DNA from: an uncultured Pseudomonadales bacterium
GTDB lineage: Bacteria > Patescibacteriota > Microgenomatia > UBA1400 > PJMF01
Length of the DNA: 64,000 nucleotides
Direction: 5' to 3'
Assembly: GCA_964574595.1 (NCBI GenBank)
Contig: CAZNOF010000009.1
Coordinates: forward strand, 2,996 to 66,995
The notes below the pieces were generated by a model. The model worked only from the letters and a program-made list of their open reading frames with translations, had not been told where the DNA came from and searched no databases. The position numbers and the translations under genes are program-made. This document shows positions 9,429 to 17,917 of this stretch, one piece after another; the first letter of the stretch is position 1; the number at the start of each line of letters is the position of its first letter.

Positions 9429-10091
9429 TTACGGGAACGTACTTGATAAACGAGTCAGCGATTTTCGAGAAGTTTCAAACCAGAAGGAAGCTCCCACGCT
9501 GACCTCTGACGTTTTGTCGTCAACACTTTTGGTATTCACAATTAGAAGAGTTGGGGCGGCCCAACCAGTCACTTCACCAAACACAAAGCCACTTTTTTTA
9601 TTCTCAAACTCAGCATTTACATCTAAGAAAGGGGCATCACTTGCAAATGGTTGTCCACTCGCTTTAAAAACGAGATTTCTGACTAGATCTGGGTGATGTT
9701 CTTGGATAAAAAAGAGTTTATTGTCAGGCGACCAGGTATTGAAAGGAATGCTGAAAAAGGTATTTGTTGGATTTGTTTGCTCAAACACAAGCTGACCACT
9801 TTCAGTCGCCGTCTTACTGACAAAGAATGAATACCTAATTTCCGAACTAGTCTCAGGTTTTGTGGTCATTTTTAAGAAGACTTTCCCATCTGGTGAGGGC
9901 CAACTTGTTTCAGTTGCTTGAGTCAGCTGAGTAATCACTGGCAAGGGTGATACAGTCGGCTGTTGTGACGTGGCTTCAGTCACATATTCAGTGCGCTGAG
10001 TTGATGAGCGGAAGTAAAAGAACACAATACCTAAACCCAAGCCAACTCCAAATAGTAAACAACCCAGAATAATGTATTTTGACGTTTTCAT
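9429..10091 (-). CDS. signal-anchored hypothetical protein
   Basis: N-terminal MKTSKYIILGCLLFGVGLGLGIVFFYF anchor. ATG at 10089-10091; the tracked start at 10106 is GTG. No recognisable domain. Confidence 0.4.
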   Translation of the reverse strand: MKTSKYIILGCLLFGVGLGLGIVFFYFRSSTQRTEYVTEATSQQPTVSPLPVITQLTQATETSWPSPDGKVFLKMTTKPETSSEIRYSFFVSKTATESGQLVFEQTNPTNTFFSIPFNTWSPDNKLFFIQEHHPDLVRNLVFKASGQPFASDAPFLDVNAEFENKKSGFVFGEVTGWAAPTLLIVNTKSVDDKTSEVSVGASFWFETSRKSLTRLSSTFP

Positions 10092-10095
10092 ATGT

Positions 10096-10884
10096 TTACT
10101 CGACACAAGAAGGAGCTGCTCCTGGTTGGCTCTTCAAAGAGGTACAAATGGAAACAATGGTTCCGGGATTTTGAGCGTCTGCATAGGTCGTCGGTTTAAC
10201 TGTAGGAGGATCAGCCCAGTTATAAATTGCTTCTGCATCTATGGCTCGCATGTTCACACAACCATGACTCATCATGTGCCCAAAGTTATTATGCCAGTAG
10301 GCACCATGTAAACTGTAGCCTTGAGCTTTAGAAACTTTGTCGTTGTAAAAAAACATAACAAAGGGCACGTTCGGCAGATCATATGCATCTGCACCTTCGC
10401 CACCACTCATTCGGGTAGAACGGAGTTTAACCCAAATTTTGTAATCACCGGTAGGTGTTGGGTTCCATTTGCCTGTCGAAACTAGCGTACTCATGATGAG
10501 GGTATTACCTTGATAAGCAAAAAGGGTCTGGGTACTCAAATCAACATAGATATGCTTTTCTCCTGCTGAAGTTTCTGCACCTAGCACTTTTGATGGATTC
10601 GGTTTTTCAGCAAGGTCAATGACGGGAGGAGTAACCTCTTGGCCTTCAAAATAGCCTGGAACATTGTTCTCAACCGTGGCGGTTAAATTTTTGACACAAC
10701 TAATCGAGTTGGCACACATCGCAGTTTTCTTTTGAACTACATGAAGAACACCACCTGTTATGGCAATGCCAGCGACAATGGCAATCAAACATTCCAAGAA
10801 AGATATAGTGGGAATTGAAAACCGAGTAGGTTTTTTCTTTTTGAAAGTTAAACGTTTTTTCACTCTTTTAAGAGTAGTATGCAC
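10096..10884 (-). CDS. L,D-transpeptidase (YkuD fold)
   Basis: Catalytic motif HGAYWHNNFGHMMSHGCVNM with an N-terminal membrane anchor. Confidence 0.75.
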   Translation of the reverse strand: MHTTLKRVKKRLTFKKKKPTRFSIPTISFLECLIAIVAGIAITGGVLHVVQKKTAMCANSISCVKNLTATVENNVPGYFEGQEVTPPVIDLAEKPNPSKVLGAETSAGEKHIYVDLSTQTLFAYQGNTLIMSTLVSTGKWNPTPTGDYKIWVKLRSTRMSGGEGADAYDLPNVPFVMFFYNDKVSKAQGYSLHGAYWHNNFGHMMSHGCVNMRAIDAEAIYNWADPPTVKPTTYADAQNPGTIVSICTSLKSQPGAAPSCVE

Positions 10885-10923
10885 AAGAGGAGAAGTAAAG
10901 ATTGCAATCTTACGACATCTTTG

Positions 10924-11580
10924 CTAATTCAGTTCTTCAACCGCAACTTTTAACTGGTTTTCTGCATGAACAAAGACAAATGCAATTGGTCTATCTAAGG
11001 TGTTTTTAACATACAGATTTTGTTTACTACTTACATTTTTATCGCCAGGCACGTAATAAATGGCCGTCCCAAATTCTTTTGATACTTCTGGAATAGCTGC
11101 GAAGTCGTGCCTCGTTGGCGCTTCAACTTCCAATCCTGCTTGCCTAGCAACCACATTCATAAAGGAGGCTAAATGGCAAACCCCATCACCAACTAACCAT
11201 CCATCTGACTTAAAACCTTCAGTAGATGAAAAATGTGCGTTCGTTGTCTTGACGACTGATGGGGTGTATTCATCGACTGTTAAATCGTGGAAAGCAAAAG
11301 ACTTGCCTGGCAGCAAAACAAAGGAAAAGCTAGGTTGATTGCGAACTTTCTCCCAGTCCACTTTCTCTCCAACTTTTGTTTGACCTTCCATGTAAGAGAG
11401 AGTGAGCAGAATATTATCAACAAACACATCGTTCACAAAAGAATTCTTATACCGATCTGTCAAAGAGTATGCTTGAACTGACAGCACTTGAGGAGATGGT
11501 GCAGAAATAGGCTTTTGAGGAACAGGAGCAGCAGTCACAAAAAGCGTTATAACTGCCGAAATTAAAGCGGATGTATTCAT
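10924..11580 (-). CDS. VanW-like secreted protein
   Basis: LPGKSFAF...GDGVCHLASFMNVVARQAGL...TRHDF...KNTLDRPIAFVF matches the VanW consensus (PGexFSF, GGGVCQVSTTLYNA). Signal peptide present. Confidence 0.55.
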   Translation of the reverse strand: MNTSALISAVITLFVTAAPVPQKPISAPSPQVLSVQAYSLTDRYKNSFVNDVFVDNILLTLSYMEGQTKVGEKVDWEKVRNQPSFSFVLLPGKSFAFHDLTVDEYTPSVVKTTNAHFSSTEGFKSDGWLVGDGVCHLASFMNVVARQAGLEVEAPTRHDFAAIPEVSKEFGTAIYYVPGDKNVSSKQNLYVKNTLDRPIAFVFVHAENQLKVAVEELN

Positions 11581-11639
11581 AGAAAAGAGTGGTTATCTTC
11601 GCACAATATTTGGTAAATATCAAGCAACCTAGCTAAGGT

Positions 11640-11668
11640 TTGATGGAGTTGGTGGGCTAGGTTATAAT
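11640..11668 (+). promoter_or_regulatory. sigma-70-like promoter TTGATG-N17-TATAAT ending 7 nt before the ATG, giving a leaderless transcript
   Basis: -35 at 11640-11645 and -10 at 11663-11668. ATG at 11676. Confidence 0.4.
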
Positions 11669-11675
11669 TTGAGAT

Positions 11676-12017
11676 ATGATTGGAAATAAAGAACGAAAAG
11701 ACTCTCAGTTACCACTTCAGTTTCCTGGGGAAGGAGTCTTCGGGCAAGCACTTGCTGCAAGTGAAGCAGATGAAGATAAGCTAGACTTCCTGTTTAGACT
11801 TCACTTATCAGTTGATGATCGAAAATTCCTCATTCGTCATCAGCTTTTTACACTAGAAGACATCCAAGAGACTATCATTGGCGCCGAAACTGGTATATAT
11901 AAAACACCAGGACTCACAGAAGAAAGATTACTGCGACTAAGAGCCTGTTTGGCAGAGTTTCAAACGAGAGATCCAGATGCAGAACTGAAGTGGGCACTGT
12001 CACAAAGAACCTACTAA
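11676..12017 (+). CDS. hypothetical protein (113 aa)
   Basis: ORF with the leaderless-type promoter above. No confident domain assignment. Confidence 0.4.
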   Translation: MIGNKERKDSQLPLQFPGEGVFGQALAASEADEDKLDFLFRLHLSVDDRKFLIRHQLFTLEDIQETIIGAETGIYKTPGLTEERLLRLRACLAEFQTRDPDAELKWALSQRTY

Positions 12018-12022
12018 TCTTT

Positions 12023-12772
12023 ATGACTTCTCTCCATTCGTTGCACTACAAAGATCTTTTTCAAAAAAACTTTCAACTTTCTCCACTTAAATTAACAGTT
12101 TCGTCAGAAACCAAAGTCTCGATTCTTTCTGACTGTCACCTGGGAAAAATGTTCGACAAAAACCAGTTTCTTCAATTAAAGTCTATAATTTTAAGTGCTG
12201 ACCAAATCGTCATTAATGGAGATTTTTGGTTTAATGAGAAAACAAGTTTTAATGAGTTCATGGACTCTCCCTGGGCGGCACTGTTTCCACTTTTAAAGAG
12301 AAAAAATGCTATTTACTTGTTTGGAAACCATGACATGCCGGCTTTCTCTGATGAGCGAATTCTCTTGTTTTGCAACCAAGCAGGATTTCAACTCAAGCTG
12401 ACTGCTGGCACGGTTAAACTGCACGTAGAGCATGGGCACTTGCTCGTTTCCAATGCGGTCAAGAAAATCTTAAGAATGTTTGAAAATAAACCAAAACTTT
12501 TTGGCAAAATCACCTCTCCTTTTGAAATTGTAAATGAGATCGGGCTAAAGCACTTCAATCGGAAGCGCGGACGATTGACGAGAGTCATGAATCTCGGCTA
12601 CAAGAAAAAAAGACTTACAGTCAGCTCAGAGGATGAATACTTTGTAATGGGTCACACGCATGTACTAGAATTAGATGAGAAGAGAAAATATATTAATTTG
12701 GGACGAACTCACAATGGAGATTTCTCGTACTTAACAATTTATCAAAACAACGCCGAGCTAATTGTTCTGTAA
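12023..12772 (+). CDS. calcineurin-like metallophosphoesterase
   Basis: Motifs DCHLG, GDFW, GNHD and GHTH. The tracked start at 11990 is GTG; the first ATG at 12023 abuts the upstream stop. Confidence 0.6.
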   Translation: MTSLHSLHYKDLFQKNFQLSPLKLTVSSETKVSILSDCHLGKMFDKNQFLQLKSIILSADQIVINGDFWFNEKTSFNEFMDSPWAALFPLLKRKNAIYLFGNHDMPAFSDERILLFCNQAGFQLKLTAGTVKLHVEHGHLLVSNAVKKILRMFENKPKLFGKITSPFEIVNEIGLKHFNRKRGRLTRVMNLGYKKKRLTVSSEDEYFVMGHTHVLELDEKRKYINLGRTHNGDFSYLTIYQNNAELIVL

Positions 12773-12797
12773 ATTGGCAATTTTTAAGAAAGCACTC

Positions 12798-13754
12798 ATG
12801 GATAAAAAAAGCGTAAATCTTGGATCAGGAACTGATTATATTAAAGGTTGGATTAATGTTGATATTGAGCCTTTTTATCACCCTGATGTAATTGCCGATC
12901 TACAGAAACCATTCCCTTTTAAAAGTAATTCAATTGATGAAATTAAAGCTTCAGATATTATCGAACACTTTACCAAAGAAGACGGTGAGATCTTCATTCG
13001 TGAATGTCACAGAATTCTCAAAGTTGGTGGAATAGTTACTTTTCGATCACATGATGTCTATGAAATTTTTAAAAAGTTTGCAAATGATCCTGATGTACTA
13101 ATCCATTTTTTGTACGGAAATACTGAAGTCACGGGAGTTTTTGGAGCTCACAAATTCGCATATACAAAAGAATTTGCCGAGTTTATTCTCACAAAGATTG
13201 GTTTTTCAATAGTTTCATATACCACCGAAGACACGAACTTTGTGTTGGTAGGGAAGAAGGAAAAAACGAAACCTCCATTACCTTTAAAAATTGGTATTCT
13301 GCTTCAACCTTCAAGAGCCTCGCTTGTGGAAGAAATCAAAAAACAACCCGACATTTCCGTCGTTGATGTCAAAGAAAAAAACCAAAGCTACGATGTTGTT
13401 CTTGCTTCAGGCGGATTACAAAAAATACTTGCTTCGATAATGTGTTGGATCTCAGACACACCAGTTGTTTGGTTGGAAGATCAAGAGGAGGTGGAGGTGA
13501 TAGGAAATACATTCATCTCAAAATTGCTCTATCGGCTAGTCCGACACATTCCTCAACGAGTGATTGTTCAGGACAAAAATTCTTCAATCTCATTCATGAT
13601 GCACACCCGCGTTTCACTCTCAAAAATAGTTTTCTTAACTCCCGGTGAAAATATAAATACAGCAAAAGAGACTGCTCAACAAAAAGTGGCTCATGAAGTT
13701 TCAAAAGTAGTTGACAGCTTAAAAGATGCTGTTATTTTGAGCTCAATAACGTAG
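12798..13754 (+). CDS. class I SAM-dependent methyltransferase-like N-terminal domain with an uncharacterised C-terminal half
   Basis: VNLGSGTDYIKGWINVDI...LKVGGIVTF resembles Rossmann MTase motifs I and post-II. The tracked start at 12762 is TTG; ATG at 12798. Confidence 0.4.
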   Translation: MDKKSVNLGSGTDYIKGWINVDIEPFYHPDVIADLQKPFPFKSNSIDEIKASDIIEHFTKEDGEIFIRECHRILKVGGIVTFRSHDVYEIFKKFANDPDVLIHFLYGNTEVTGVFGAHKFAYTKEFAEFILTKIGFSIVSYTTEDTNFVLVGKKEKTKPPLPLKIGILLQPSRASLVEEIKKQPDISVVDVKEKNQSYDVVLASGGLQKILASIMCWISDTPVVWLEDQEEVEVIGNTFISKLLYRLVRHIPQRVIVQDKNSSISFMMHTRVSLSKIVFLTPGENINTAKETAQQKVAHEVSKVVDSLKDAVILSSIT

Positions 13755-13764
13755 TAAAACTTAA

Positions 13765-13805
13765 AGAGGCACACCCAGTGGGAAGTGCCTCTCGATTTCT
13801 TTTTC
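13765..13805. terminator. intrinsic terminator between convergent genes
   Basis: Hairpin AGAGGCAC-N12-GTGCCTCT followed by CGATTTCTTTTTC. Confidence 0.45.
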
Positions 13806-13851
13806 AACAGGTTGTACTGCCTATTCAAGAAACTTTTTTTCATTTGGATGA

Positions 13852-14424
13852 TTACTTTTGCTTGCTAAGACAGGTCAGCGGATAGGTATCTGTTTTCGTG
13901 TTTCCGTACTTATCAGCCGTATCATGATTCAGCTGATAATTCCCTGCATCATCCAGCTTCCAGACCGTGAAACCATTTTTAGTCTTGGAATGGTATTTCC
14001 CGACGGATTTATCGAGGATGAAGCTCGTGAGCTTCTGGTTGATGTACTCGACACCTTTCGGACCAAGTACGATTACATATTGACTGTCGCAATAGGGGGC
14101 AAACGCAGCACCACAGACTTGACGTCCGTCATCGCAACTGTCGTTTGCGTCTCCGATGTCAGGTGCTTGAGCGTAGTCATTATGACTACCCGGCTCACCA
14201 GAACCACCGGATCCGTTATTAGAACAGTAGGGGGGCGGGTCGTTTCTGCCGTCAGGGTTGTTGCAACCAAAGATTGGGGTGACTGTGACTGGCTGCGCCA
14301 AGCTTCCAAACTTCGCATCCTTCGCAGAAACTGGCGTAAGCTCTCCCCAAACGAACGCTACTGATGTGAGCAAGAGGCCAGCAATAATCGATAATACCAC
14401 TGCGAGCAAACGTTTTTTGACCAT
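13852..14424 (-). CDS. secreted Gly/Cys-rich hypothetical protein
   Basis: Signal peptide MVKKRLLAVVLSIIAGLLLTSVAFVWG. AGGAG lies 9 nt upstream of the ATG at 14422-14424. The opposite-strand ORF 13858-14364 has no such features. Confidence 0.45.
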   Translation of the reverse strand: MVKKRLLAVVLSIIAGLLLTSVAFVWGELTPVSAKDAKFGSLAQPVTVTPIFGCNNPDGRNDPPPYCSNNGSGGSGEPGSHNDYAQAPDIGDANDSCDDGRQVCGAAFAPYCDSQYVIVLGPKGVEYINQKLTSFILDKSVGKYHSKTKNGFTVWKLDDAGNYQLNHDTADKYGNTKTDTYPLTCLSKQK

Positions 14425-14604
14425 CGAACAATACTCCTGATTTCTAAGCAATCCAAATGTTAATGTGCGGCAACCGAACCAATTCTCGCCAAACGAGACA
14501 GTCCAGTTACTTTACAGTGGTCGAAATGACCTCACTGTATTATAAATGAGAAAAGTGAAAAAAGACAGATAATTGGGACAAATTAGGATTTCAAAATACT
14601 TTAT

Positions 14605-14681
14605 TGGTGAGTCAGGTGGGAATCGAACCCACGACATCCTCCTTAAGAGGGAGGCGCTCTAACCAGCTGAGCTACTGACCC
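14605..14681 (-). tRNA. tRNA-Lys (anticodon CUU), CCA encoded
   Basis: Reverse complement is GGGTCAG-TA-GCTC-AGCTGGTTA-GAGC-G-CCTCC-CTCTTAA-GGAGG-ATGTC-GTGGG-TTCGATT-CCCAC-CTGACTC-ACCA. Confidence 0.9.
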
Positions 14682-14703
14682 AAAGTTATCTCTTCGGCTT
14701 CCG

Positions 14704-14712
14704 ATTATACCA
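14704..14712 (-). promoter_or_regulatory. extended -10 element TGGTATAAT for tRNA-Lys
   Basis: Reverse complement of 14704-14712 is TGGTATAAT, ~22 nt upstream of the tRNA 5' end. Confidence 0.35.
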
Positions 14713-14773
14713 AGCTCGCCCCCAGAGTGAAATGGCTGTTCACGATTTCCAGAAAACTGTAGAATAGCAGCTA

Positions 14774-15922
14774 ATGACTAGAATCATCACATTTTTCCTC
14801 GCGCTCTTCAGCTTTCTGGGATTAGCAGCCATTCCTGTGAATGCACAATCAACTCCCGCAGCAGCTCCACAACAAGAGTATATAAATGGGAAAATTCATC
14901 GAATTACAGACGAAATTCGGATTCCTGGTGACTCTCCTGATCAATTTTTTTACATCCAAAAAATAGAAGTTGAACGATCTGATAACCACCAAACGATACA
15001 GCTTCAAGCTGGGACGGAAATGCAGCCACTGAGTGCAAGTCAAAAATATAGTCCTGGAACCAGCGTCATTCTCGTCAAGCAGTCCGATGCGAATGGCCAA
15101 ACCCAATACGCTATTGCTGATATTTACAGAATCCCAGCCATGTTTTGGCTGTTGGCCGGATTTTTACTATTAGTTCTTTTGACTGCTCGCAAGAAAGGCA
15201 TCTCAGCAATTCTCGGCATGTTTATGAGTCTAGGTGTCCTGATGTACTTTATTGTGCCTCATATCATCCAAGGGGAAAACCCAATTATCATTGCTCTGAT
15301 TGGCTCTGTTGCCGTGTCAATTATCACGGTTTATATGTGTCACGGATGGAGTCTGGAATCTCATCTGGCCATTTTTTCAATGATGCTTAGCTTAGTTGCA
15401 GTAGGACTGCTTTCCTATGCTTCTGTCCAAGCGGCACACTTGGCTGGTTTGGGTAGTGAAGACGCAATGTACCTTCAATTTGGATCAACAGCAAAAATTA
15501 ATCTTCAAGGTCTTCTGTTAGGTGGCATGATGATTGGCGCCTTGGGTGTTCTTGACGATATTACCTTGGCTCAAATTTCCGTCATTCATCAACTGCACGA
15601 TGCCAAACCAGAAATTGATTTTACTGAACTGTATAACAGGGGACTAGAGGTCGGAAAAGATCATGTCGCATCACTCGTAAACACCTTGATTTTGGCATAT
15701 GCTGCTGGCAGCTTGCCACTCTTCTTATTATTTACCATAAACACGAGTCAACCGGCTTGGGTCACTTTAAACAGTGAAGTAATTGCTGAGGAAGTTGTCA
15801 GAACTTTAACTGGCTCCATTGGTCTGGTCTTAGCAGTTCCAATTGCCACATTTATTGCCAGCTATTTTATGATTTGGAGAAAACCAGCACCATCAACTCA
15901 TAAACACTTACATCAGCATTGA
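14774..15922 (+). CDS. YibE/F-like polytopic membrane protein
   Basis: Signal peptide, a periplasmic domain, then about 6 TM helices including LGGMMIGALGVLDDITLAQISVIH, a YibE/F-like motif. TGtAGAAT lies 8 nt upstream of the ATG. Confidence 0.45.
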   Translation: MTRIITFFLALFSFLGLAAIPVNAQSTPAAAPQQEYINGKIHRITDEIRIPGDSPDQFFYIQKIEVERSDNHQTIQLQAGTEMQPLSASQKYSPGTSVILVKQSDANGQTQYAIADIYRIPAMFWLLAGFLLLVLLTARKKGISAILGMFMSLGVLMYFIVPHIIQGENPIIIALIGSVAVSIITVYMCHGWSLESHLAIFSMMLSLVAVGLLSYASVQAAHLAGLGSEDAMYLQFGSTAKINLQGLLLGGMMIGALGVLDDITLAQISVIHQLHDAKPEIDFTELYNRGLEVGKDHVASLVNTLILAYAAGSLPLFLLFTINTSQPAWVTLNSEVIAEEVVRTLTGSIGLVLAVPIATFIASYFMIWRKPAPSTHKHLHQH

Positions 15923-15924
15923 AA

Positions 15925-16914
15925 TTATTTATTCACTGCAACACTCTTCATAGCCTCTTGGTAGGCGCGATACTGTTGAGTTGGGTTTCCGCGAGCATCT
16001 AAGAATGTGAACTGAGCGAATGGTCCAGGAGCACCTTGCAGCACAAATGGGGTAACGCCCACGATTCGATCATCATTCCAAATATTTTGCGTAGCGTACA
16101 GATAATAATTTGATAACCAGCGATGGTTGGCAGTAGTATCAACCCAGCCAGTTTCGGTAATAAACGTTTTTAACTCTAAACCAGACTTTTCTTTGAGATA
16201 ACTTAGCTCCGTTTGGTAACCACGTAAAGATTCTTTTCCTGTTTGTTTTGGTGAGGAACTAAATCCAGGATTTGGGTAGGAGTGGGAGTTCCAGTAATCG
16301 ACATATTGGAAGACAGCGTCATTTTCATTTCGCATCTCATTCAAATAGGCAAAGGCTTCTTTGGTTTCTGATGAGTTAGGTGCCGCCAAATCCATCGCCG
16401 CCGGCAAAATTTGGTAATTCATATCTTCCGATTTTGCCCAGTTGCTGGTGAAAATCAGTGTGTCAGCATATCCTCGTGGATCAAGCGTATTGCCCCATTC
16501 TTTAGCATGATTTACCTCATTAAAAGCAATGATGTACTTTTCTTTTGTTGGCCAGTTTAGCGCACTTAAAAACGAAATGAGATCGACAATATCTTTGTGA
16601 GTAGGAATGGCCCAAGCGCCATTTTCAGCCTTCGTGCTCAAGCGAACGATGGGAATCATCTTTTGTTCGCGAGCATAGTCAAAGAAGGTTTGCCAATCCT
16701 TTTGTTTACTAAGATCATTTAAGGTCAAAGGAATTGTTACATAATGCCATTGGTCAGGTAAGCCGTTCCCCCTCAAGAGCTCTCGAGCCATTGGAGCTTC
16801 ACTAGGACTGAGGATGTGGATACCCAAAACAGACCCATCTTGGGCATAGGCAGGTTTAGCCATAAAAAGACTAAAAATGAGTGGTAAGAGGGCTAAAAGC
16901 ACCTTCTTTTTCAT
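15925..16914 (-). CDS. secreted putative glycoside hydrolase (clan GH-A TIM barrel, GH5-like)
   Basis: Signal peptide. IAFNEVNH (NE acid/base) and FITETGW (nucleophile Glu) are spaced as in GH-A enzymes. Confidence 0.4.
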   Translation of the reverse strand: MKKKVLLALLPLIFSLFMAKPAYAQDGSVLGIHILSPSEAPMARELLRGNGLPDQWHYVTIPLTLNDLSKQKDWQTFFDYAREQKMIPIVRLSTKAENGAWAIPTHKDIVDLISFLSALNWPTKEKYIIAFNEVNHAKEWGNTLDPRGYADTLIFTSNWAKSEDMNYQILPAAMDLAAPNSSETKEAFAYLNEMRNENDAVFQYVDYWNSHSYPNPGFSSSPKQTGKESLRGYQTELSYLKEKSGLELKTFITETGWVDTTANHRWLSNYYLYATQNIWNDDRIVGVTPFVLQGAPGPFAQFTFLDARGNPTQQYRAYQEAMKSVAVNK

Positions 16915-17000
16915 ATATTATAGGATATCATTTTTTCGTCTTCTCGGCAAGGTTAAAAAGATGCATCCAGCTTAAATCTATGTTATAGTGCTTTACACGA

Positions 17001-17687
17001 ATGAAAAAAGCTGCCATTATTTTTGCCTGGTTTCTCTCGAGTACAGGCGCAATTTTGTGTTTAGTAATTTTGCTAAATACACTCAATTCCTCGGCTAACA
17101 CTCGGGTAGCTCTAGGCCAACCAGATCTGGCTAACAGTATGGTGGCATCTGCAGCTCAAGGATACGGTCAAAACCTTGGTGAAGTGAAGGGAATTACCAC
17201 GACTGTCCAGGCAGGAGATGCCCGGGAAGTACTTCTCGCAAACTTTTTAGCCAGGTATGACTCTCCACTTAAACCATATGATGAATATGCACACAAAATT
17301 GTGGTTATCTCTGATAAGTATAATATTGATTTCCGTCTCTTGCCAGCTATAGCTATGCAGGAGAGCAACTTGTGTAAAGTCATTCCACCAGGCACATATA
17401 ACTGTCTAGGTTTTGGTATTCACAAACGGGGAACACTCGGCTTTGATAATTATGAAGACGCATTTGATCGAGCTGGAAGAGAACTCAAAGCCAATTATAT
17501 TGACCGAGGACTCGTTACTCCTAAACAAATTATGTCGAAATATACCCCGAGCAGTAACGGAAGTTGGGCAGAATCTGTAAATCAGTGGATGTCTGAAATT
17601 CGCTATGACGATCACGATAAGGGCCTGGAACTCAAAACAAATACAGACTTAAACGAATTCATTGCTAGTCCTTCAGCTAAACCATAA
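17001..17687 (+). CDS. membrane-anchored hypothetical protein, possibly a lysozyme-like or SLT-like muramidase
   Basis: N-terminal TM. LPAIAMQESNLCK...CLGFGI resembles the SLT/GEWL catalytic Glu region. Weak. Confidence 0.3.
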   Translation: MKKAAIIFAWFLSSTGAILCLVILLNTLNSSANTRVALGQPDLANSMVASAAQGYGQNLGEVKGITTTVQAGDAREVLLANFLARYDSPLKPYDEYAHKIVVISDKYNIDFRLLPAIAMQESNLCKVIPPGTYNCLGFGIHKRGTLGFDNYEDAFDRAGRELKANYIDRGLVTPKQIMSKYTPSSNGSWAESVNQWMSEIRYDDHDKGLELKTNTDLNEFIASPSAKP

Positions 17688-17780
17688 TCCTCTCACACTT
17701 TTCTCCAGATCTACTTTCCTCAAATGAAGTAATCACTTTTATGATTTGAAGTGTCTTTATTCGATTTAGACTGATGTATA

Positions 17781-17809
17781 TTGACATATTTATACATATT
17801 TGATATACT
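17781..17809 (+). promoter_or_regulatory. near-consensus sigma-70 promoter TTGACA-N17-TATACT in a convergent intergenic region
   Basis: -35 at 17781-17786, a 17-nt spacer, -10 at 17804-17809. No CDS follows on the + strand. Confidence 0.5.
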
Positions 17810-17815
17810 TCGATA

Positions 17816-17886
17816 TAGATCAGTAGGTTCCTCACTGGGGTACGTACTGATACCAAAGACACCGAGCAAACAGCTCGGTTTTTTTG
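17816..17886 (+). ncRNA. candidate small RNA (~70 nt) bracketed by the promoter above and an intrinsic terminator
   Basis: Stem ATCAGTA/TACTGAT (17819-17825 with 17845-17851), then the terminator CCGAGC-AAACA-GCTCGG plus T7 (17862-17886). Confidence 0.4.
17862..17886 (+). terminator. intrinsic terminator
   Basis: CCGAGCaaacaGCTCGG followed by TTTTTTT. Confidence 0.6.
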
Positions 17887-17917
17887 TACTATTTTCCCCT
17901 TGTTGTCGTGTGAAGAG

